From the human T2T-CHM13v2.0 reference genome, Homo sapiens: 64,000 nt of DNA. Positions 46,221-64,000 of the stretch are shown in pieces (the stretch's first letter is position 1; every line of letters starts with the position of its first letter). The position numbers were made by a program, and so were the translations under genes. The stretch lies in NCBI RefSeq assembly GCF_009914755.1, contig NC_060940.1. One strand, written 5' to 3'. The notes under the pieces are model-generated. The model searched no databases. It was not told the origin of the DNA and saw only the letters and a program-made list of their open reading frames with translations.

Positions 46221-46521
46221 TAGAGCCAGGCAAATAGTAAGCCTTCGATGCATCTCACACCATTATTCTTAAAAGGGACATGTCAGGCTGAGCCCAGAAA
46301 GGAGAAATTCCCTCTCTATTCTTGAAGTAGCAACAGTTTATAGGGACTCAAGTTTTCTTTTCACGAATTCGAAAGAAACTATACGGACACATTCACCTTA
46401 CTGAGGTTTCTCTGGCCTTGTCCATTCTGAGCTCCTGTTTTTTCTGCAGAGGTGCTCATTGATACTGACTTGGTGATCTTGAAAGGATTCTCTGTATTTC
46501 TCTTTTTTTAAATAGAGATAG

Positions 46522-46653
<132 letters not shown>

Positions 46654-47260
46654 TGAATGACCATAAAGTTATTTCACTGATGCCATCAGGAAGCAACCTT
46701 ATTAATTTTATGTATTTTTGAGCTGATGTTGATAGCAGAAGAGTGGAAAGGAGTCAGACTTTGCTTTAGTCTCGTGATGTAGAAGATCCTAAAGATAGGA
46801 TTCAAGGTGAGAGTATGATCATTTATATGGCCCTCTTCACCTCACAGAGCTGAATTTACCAATAATTTGGCAGGTATAAGCTAGGAAAATGAAGTAAAAG
46901 GGTCCAGACAGTAATATTTTAGAATTCTGTTACCTGCGGGTGGATACTTTCTTCTTTTGAGAATAGAAGATTAGGCTGGGTGCAGTGGCTCATGCCTGTA
47001 ATCCCAGCACCTTAGAAGGCTGAGGCAGGCAGATCACTTGAGTCTAGGAGTTTGAGACCAGCCTGGGCATCATAGCAAGACCCCGTCTCTACTAAAAATA
47101 CAAAAAAAAAAAAGTAGCTGGCTGTGGTGGTGTGTGCCTGTAATACCAACTACTCAGGAGGCTGAGGTAAGAGAATCACTTGAACCCAGGAGGTGGAGGT
47201 TGCAGTGAGCCAAGATTGTGCCACTGCACTCCAGCCTGAGTGACAGAGCAAGACTCTGTC

Positions 47261-47795
<535 letters not shown>

Positions 47796-48034
47796 TTATC
47801 TCTTTGCCTCCACCAGAATGTAAGCTTTGTTGAAGGCAAGGATCATTGTTGATTTATTTACTCTGTATCCCAGGCATCTAAAACAGTAAGTGTGCAATAA
47901 ATATTTGTTGAATGAATCAAAGCATAAGCAAGGCTTCAGATTCATTTTTCTATCAGAGATTCATTTAAAAATGTTAAGGAAATGAGAGGTGAAGACATCC
48001 TAAAGGCATAATACTCAAAGTAGTCAGTAGGTTC

Positions 48035-48230
48035 ATTGATAACCCAGAGGAAAATATATAATATTATAGAGGAAAAGAAATTCTCTGAAATCATGGCATC
48101 TCTCCTAGCTTGGGATAACATTTTAGCAGAAAGACCGAAGAACTCTTCCAAGAAACATCAAGCAATTAAATGAAGTAGTAGAAAAATCACCAGTACTTTA
48201 AAGTAGATGAAGCCATTAAAATAGTTGCAG
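48035..48230 (+). mobile_element. Possible very degraded LINE RT-core fragment
   Basis: Frame EIMASLLAWDNILAERPKNSSKK resembles L1 EIKLSLFADDMILYLENPKDSTKK. Stop codons flank it. Confidence 0.35.
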
Positions 48231-49166
48231 CTTCAGTAATCACCATGTAAGCCTGTAAGTGGTGGGTCTTAGACCACAACATGGTAGTTATCAAATTGCT
48301 TTATTCATCGAAATGTTCATTCTCCTGGCTGCCCTTGAACTTCCAGCCTAAGGCTTTCTCTCTGCAGGGTTGTCAGCATGCTCATGCAAGGCTTTGCCTC
48401 TGCAGATTATCAGAGGTGTACTCCATGCCCCTCTCACCATGAAAAAAGGGAGAAAAAGACAATTTCGTCTCAGAGATAGAAAATCTCCCAGAGAGAACCC
48501 CTGGCAGCTGGAATCCATTTTTTTCCCCCTGAAGCTGGAATCTGTTATAACTACAGAACACTGAAGGATAATGAGGTTCTGCTGCTAAGCAAATGCTGGG
48601 ACAAAAAGCACAGAGGTGCTGCAGCCAGGCAGAGACTGGGCTTTTCATGAAACCCTGTGTCTCTGAGCACATATTGCAATAATTCTCTGACTAGCTGCTC
48701 AAGGCCTTGGCTTCGTGGCTTTTTACTCCGTTTAAAGGTCTTGATCAGGCCACTTCCGTTTTTAATGTTTGAGAAATGTCTGATTTATGCTGCTTCAAAG
48801 TGGAACTTGGGTTTCTATTACCTTTTTGGCACCTTGCACCCATTGTTGGCCTAGTTCTGCTGTCTCGTCTATCTTGTGGTTCCTATCAGTAAACAAAGTC
48901 CAGGAGAGGCGTCATGCTTGTGAACACCTCCAACATCAAGTTCAAAAGTACAATCATGACCTTGTCCTGTCGTTCTCAGAATCTGGGCTCAGCTATTTCA
49001 AACCTCCCATGTCTTCACTGGTAGTGGTCAATTAGAAATCACTGAATCCTTTCCCTAGAGTGGTCAGAGACAGCCAGTTTATGGTAATTTGGGCACAAGT
49101 GCCAATTGGAAAGGTGCATTATTCAAACCACTTTGGCTACAAGTGACAGAAATTCAATGCAGGTTA

Positions 49167-49467
<301 letters not shown>

Positions 49468-50140
49468 TCAAAAAAAAAGAAAAAAAGAAAAAAAAGGGAA
49501 TTTATTGGCTTCTGTAGCTGAAAAGTCAGGCAGATTTGGATCTCAAATTATGTCATTAACTAGTTTCTCTGACTTACCCTCTGCGTTGTGTATAAGCTTT
49601 TCATCGCATGGCAGCAAGATACCTCCATGTTCACATAGGGCTAACAGCCCAAGATGGTGAGGAAACATGCACTTTTGTTCCAGTAGCACAGAAAAAGTCC
49701 CCAGGTGGATGCTAATGGGCACTGTATGAGTCAAGTGCTCATGGCTGAGGCAGTAGTTGTACCTTGACACATGAAGTCCTCTGACCAGATCTGGGCATGT
49801 ACCTGACCTTGGGGATGGAAGTGAGGCAGTCCAGCTCCACCAACTCGTAAGGACTGAGACAGTTTACTAGGGAAGAGGGGAAAGCGTGTTTCTTACAGGA
49901 AGAAATGCGGGCAGACAAAACACCATATACCCCTTAAATTAGGTTTTCCATAGATAATTGAGGGGGAGCAGAAGGGTAACCACATTTTGACAGCATCATC
50001 AGTATGTGGTGAGTGGCCCAGCATTTGACCCTGGCCTCTGTGGTCATCTCAGAGCCCAGAAAGTAGCAGCAGAAGAGCAGAGCATGGGTAGGTAACCATC
50101 AGTTCTTGGATAACTGAAGGGTGATCTTAAGGAGCAGTGA

Positions 50141-50587
<447 letters not shown>

Positions 50588-51227
50588 TAATGCCTACTTG
50601 TCCTTTAGAACTCAGCTCAAATATTTCCTCTGGGGAGCATTCTCTGGCCTCCACTTGCCCAGCATGAGCCAGACCCTCTAACAATGAGCTCTCATTTAAT
50701 ACCTTGTTTTTCTATCATAGCACTTTCTACAGTCATCTTATATAATCATGTGTAAATCAAACTTATGACTATTTAAATAAGACCTATCTCCCACACTAGG
50801 AGGTAGGTAGGCTCCATGAAGATAGAGACTTTAGCAGTTTCACCTACCATTGAATACCCAGTATTTAGTCCAGTGCCTAGCACATTAATAATCACATGGG
50901 ACCTATTTTTTTTAGATGAATAAGTTATATACAGAGGTTCTGGTAATAGCCATTGGTTCTAGTATGAAAATGTAACAAACTGCCTCCTCTTCTTCTATCA
51001 TATAGTTTGACTTTTTCACATCTTTCCTCAATTGGTAGAATTAATAAGGTGCTATTTTAGATAACCCATGTCACCAAAAAGAAGCTGCAGACTGGACAAT
51101 CAGCCTCTAAGTAATCAAGGGCCCCCTTTTACTGTGCATGATTTAAATGAAAAATACAATCTATCTGGAATGTAACTGAGAACCATAGGAATCTTTGGGC
51201 TTCGTGAAAGTTCTTAGCAGAAAATCA

Positions 51228-51641
<414 letters not shown>

Positions 51642-51860
51642 CTAAAAAAAAAATAAAAACCTGTTGGATGGTAATTTCAAGATAAATTATTACAAGTACA
51701 CACATGTACGTGCCTATCCTTTGTGCCTTTGTCCCCATCCTTGGTCCTCTGTTGTAGCTGTTGCATTTTTCACCAGGCATTGTGATCACAGGTTGACATG
51801 TCAGCTTCCTCTGGTATGAGCAACTGGAAGGTAGGGGTGACTCAGCTATCCATAATTTGA

Positions 51861-52206
<346 letters not shown>

Positions 52207-52311
52207 TAAATGGTTTCATAGATAAAACTTTTCCGAATCCTTTGTTAAACAAATTTGAATTAATAAGAAGCCATTGGAGAAACTATGTTCTCTATCTTCT
52301 TTCCCCCCTAG

Positions 52312-52572
52312 TGCAGTTTTAGATCTTCATGATGCTATGTTTAGTTTGATTTGCCTGGTCCCACTGGGCATTGCAATAATTCATATTCTGGCGTGGAGCC
52401 CATTTTCAGTCAGAAACAAGACAGACTACATGGGGACTCTTCAAGGCCAACACCGGCTGTTATGGGATTCAAACAAAACTTCAAGTGTTTGTTCTTATAG
52501 AGTTTACATCGTACCAGAAGGCAAAACTGTTCATTTTAACCTCTAATTTGTTTAGAAAACAAAGCAAATAAA
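52312..52572 (+). pseudogene. MFSD13B: Probable orphan terminal exon of an MFSD13/TMEM180-family MFS transporter
   Basis: Pyrimidine tract plus AG (ttctctatcttctttccccccta g, ending 52311). Frame AVLDLHDAMFSLICLVPLGIAIIHILAWSPFSVRNK resembles the last helix of MFSD13A ([33 protein letters not shown], recalled). TAA at 52544-52546, AATAAA at 52567-52572. Confidence 0.6.
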
Positions 52573-52677
52573 ACAAAAAAGAAATCCTACAAGTTTTAGA
52601 GCTTTTTGACTCTAAATTAGAAAGTTAAATATCAGGTGTAAGGCCTGTCCGTTGGCTATTTCCAAGCAGTCTTGTAG

Positions 52678-53571
<894 letters not shown>

Positions 53572-53619
53572 TAGATTCACCTGTGATTTTATAGCGGAGA
53601 AGGTCACCACACAACGTGA

Positions 53620-55690
<2,071 letters not shown>

Positions 55691-55692
55691 GA

Positions 55693-57362
<1,670 letters not shown>

Positions 57363-57487
57363 CCTTCCCCCACCCCACCAACACACGAGTTCAGTCGCCC
57401 ACCTTCATCTAACTGATTCAGATTCTCTGTGCCTGTTCAGATTTTCTTAGCCAAGAGTGATCATCAGCTCAGATGGACATGTGTAGA

Positions 57488-58232
57488 CATTGGTGTGCTG
57501 GAAATGCTTAAAACTGACTCTTCGAAAAAAAAATATTATGCATTCTATACATATGTAACTTACTATAAATTTTACGAATCAACAGAGTCACAAAATCCAG
57601 ACTGAATAAATGCTTGATTACTATTCAAGTTACTCCTGTCATTGACCAAGGAGTGTAGTTCCAACCTAAATGTTGTTTTATATTTTTGTTTATCTTAATG
57701 AGTAAGACAAAAGTGAAACAATGAAGACCCACTTCAGAACTTCACTTGGTCACTAGTGATGTGAGCAACTTCTTTGCTGAATTAAATGATAGGTTTTGAA
57801 TACTGGGAAGAATATTTCCTTAATTAGTTGTGCATTTGCAGTGTAATGGCTAAAGAAATGACAGTTTTGGGTTCAGTCTTTACAAGCATCTTTTTTACTA
57901 CTTTCTTAAGTCTAGACCCGGGGTAGGCAAACTATAGCCTGTGGGCCAAATCCAACCCATGGCCTGTTTTTTTGTACAGCCTGAGATCTAACCACCAAAG
58001 AAGCAGAGACTGTACATGGCTCACAAAGCCTAAAATATTATCTGGCTCTTTATAGAAAAGGTTTGCTGACCCCCTTGTTCAGTCAATTAATAAACCAACA
58101 CAATAATTTATACTGATTTCCATTGTATAAATACTTCTACCATGGCCAGTTTCAAGATATCAATGTGATATCACTGAACACAAATTTGGAAATTGATGAA
58201 CAGTCACATACCATTATAAAATATTTCCACCA
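57488..58232. mobile_element. Old hAT DNA transposon relic (MER63/Blackjack-like) containing MER58A (57918-58075)
   Basis: CATTGGTGTGCTGGAAATGCTTAA start. MER58A termini GGGGTAGGCAAAC ... GTTTGCTGACCCC. Confidence 0.55.
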
Positions 58233-58614
58233 GGCTGGGCATGGTGGCTCATGCTTGTAATCAAGGAGTTCAAGACCAGCCTGGGCAGCGTAGTGAGAAC
58301 TCTACAAATAAATACATAAATAAAAATTAGCGGGGTGTGGTGGCATGCATCTGTAGGCCCAGCTACTTGGGAGGCTGAGGCAGGAGGATTGCTTGAGTCA
58401 GGAGTTCAAAGTTGCAGTGAGCTGTGATCACACCACTGCACGTCAACATATATATATCAGATATTAATAACCTTTAAGAGCATAAATAGGCCAGGCACAG
58501 TGGCTCATGCCTGTCTATAATCCCAGCACTTTGGGAGGCCGAGGCGGGTGGATCACTTGAGGTCAGGAGTTCAAGATCAGCCTGACCTATATGGTGAAAC
58601 CTCATCTCTATTTA

Positions 58615-63960
<5,346 letters not shown>

Positions 63961-64000
63961 AGTTTGTAATTAGGCTTTGTTTCCCTACCCAAATCTCATC

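Noticed and set aside
46440-46490. VLIDTDLVILK, vaguely like MFSD13 LVDEDLVL
   Set aside because: Short match, upstream in-frame stop and no donor site. Likely chance.
63965-64000. Possible THE1/MST LTR start (CCCTACCCAAATCTCATC)
   Set aside because: Truncated by the window edge and too short to support.

Overview
Human (primate) euchromatic DNA, very Alu-dense, with no intact multi-exon protein-coding gene. The left ~41.5 kb is a GC-rich segmental-duplication copy of the SLC7A5-CA5A interval. It carries (i) the CpG island, promoter and complete coding exon 1 of a LAT1/SLC7A5 paralog on the minus strand. Its EKIMAAK sequence matches the IMAA/LAT1-3TM paralog SLC7A5P2 (16p12.2, from recall), and the ORF is open and reads into intron 1 for 221 aa. 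It also carries (ii) CA5A-like exons 3-7 on the minus strand with canonical splice sites, a 2-bp frameshift in exon 4, no exons 1-2 and a 3' UTR cut by an Alu, (iii) a 5'-truncated RPS10 processed pseudogene, and (iv) several minisatellites. At ~41.5 kb a fused Alu junction coincides with a shift to AT-richer sequence. This right part holds old L1/MaLR/hAT relics, many Alus, a 100-bp locally templated insertion, and a plus-strand exon resembling the last TM helix of MFSD13/TMEM180-family transporters (probable orphan terminal exon of MFSD13B). Reference-protein comparisons and repeat family names are from memory, not from alignments or database searches, and repeat boundaries are approximate.
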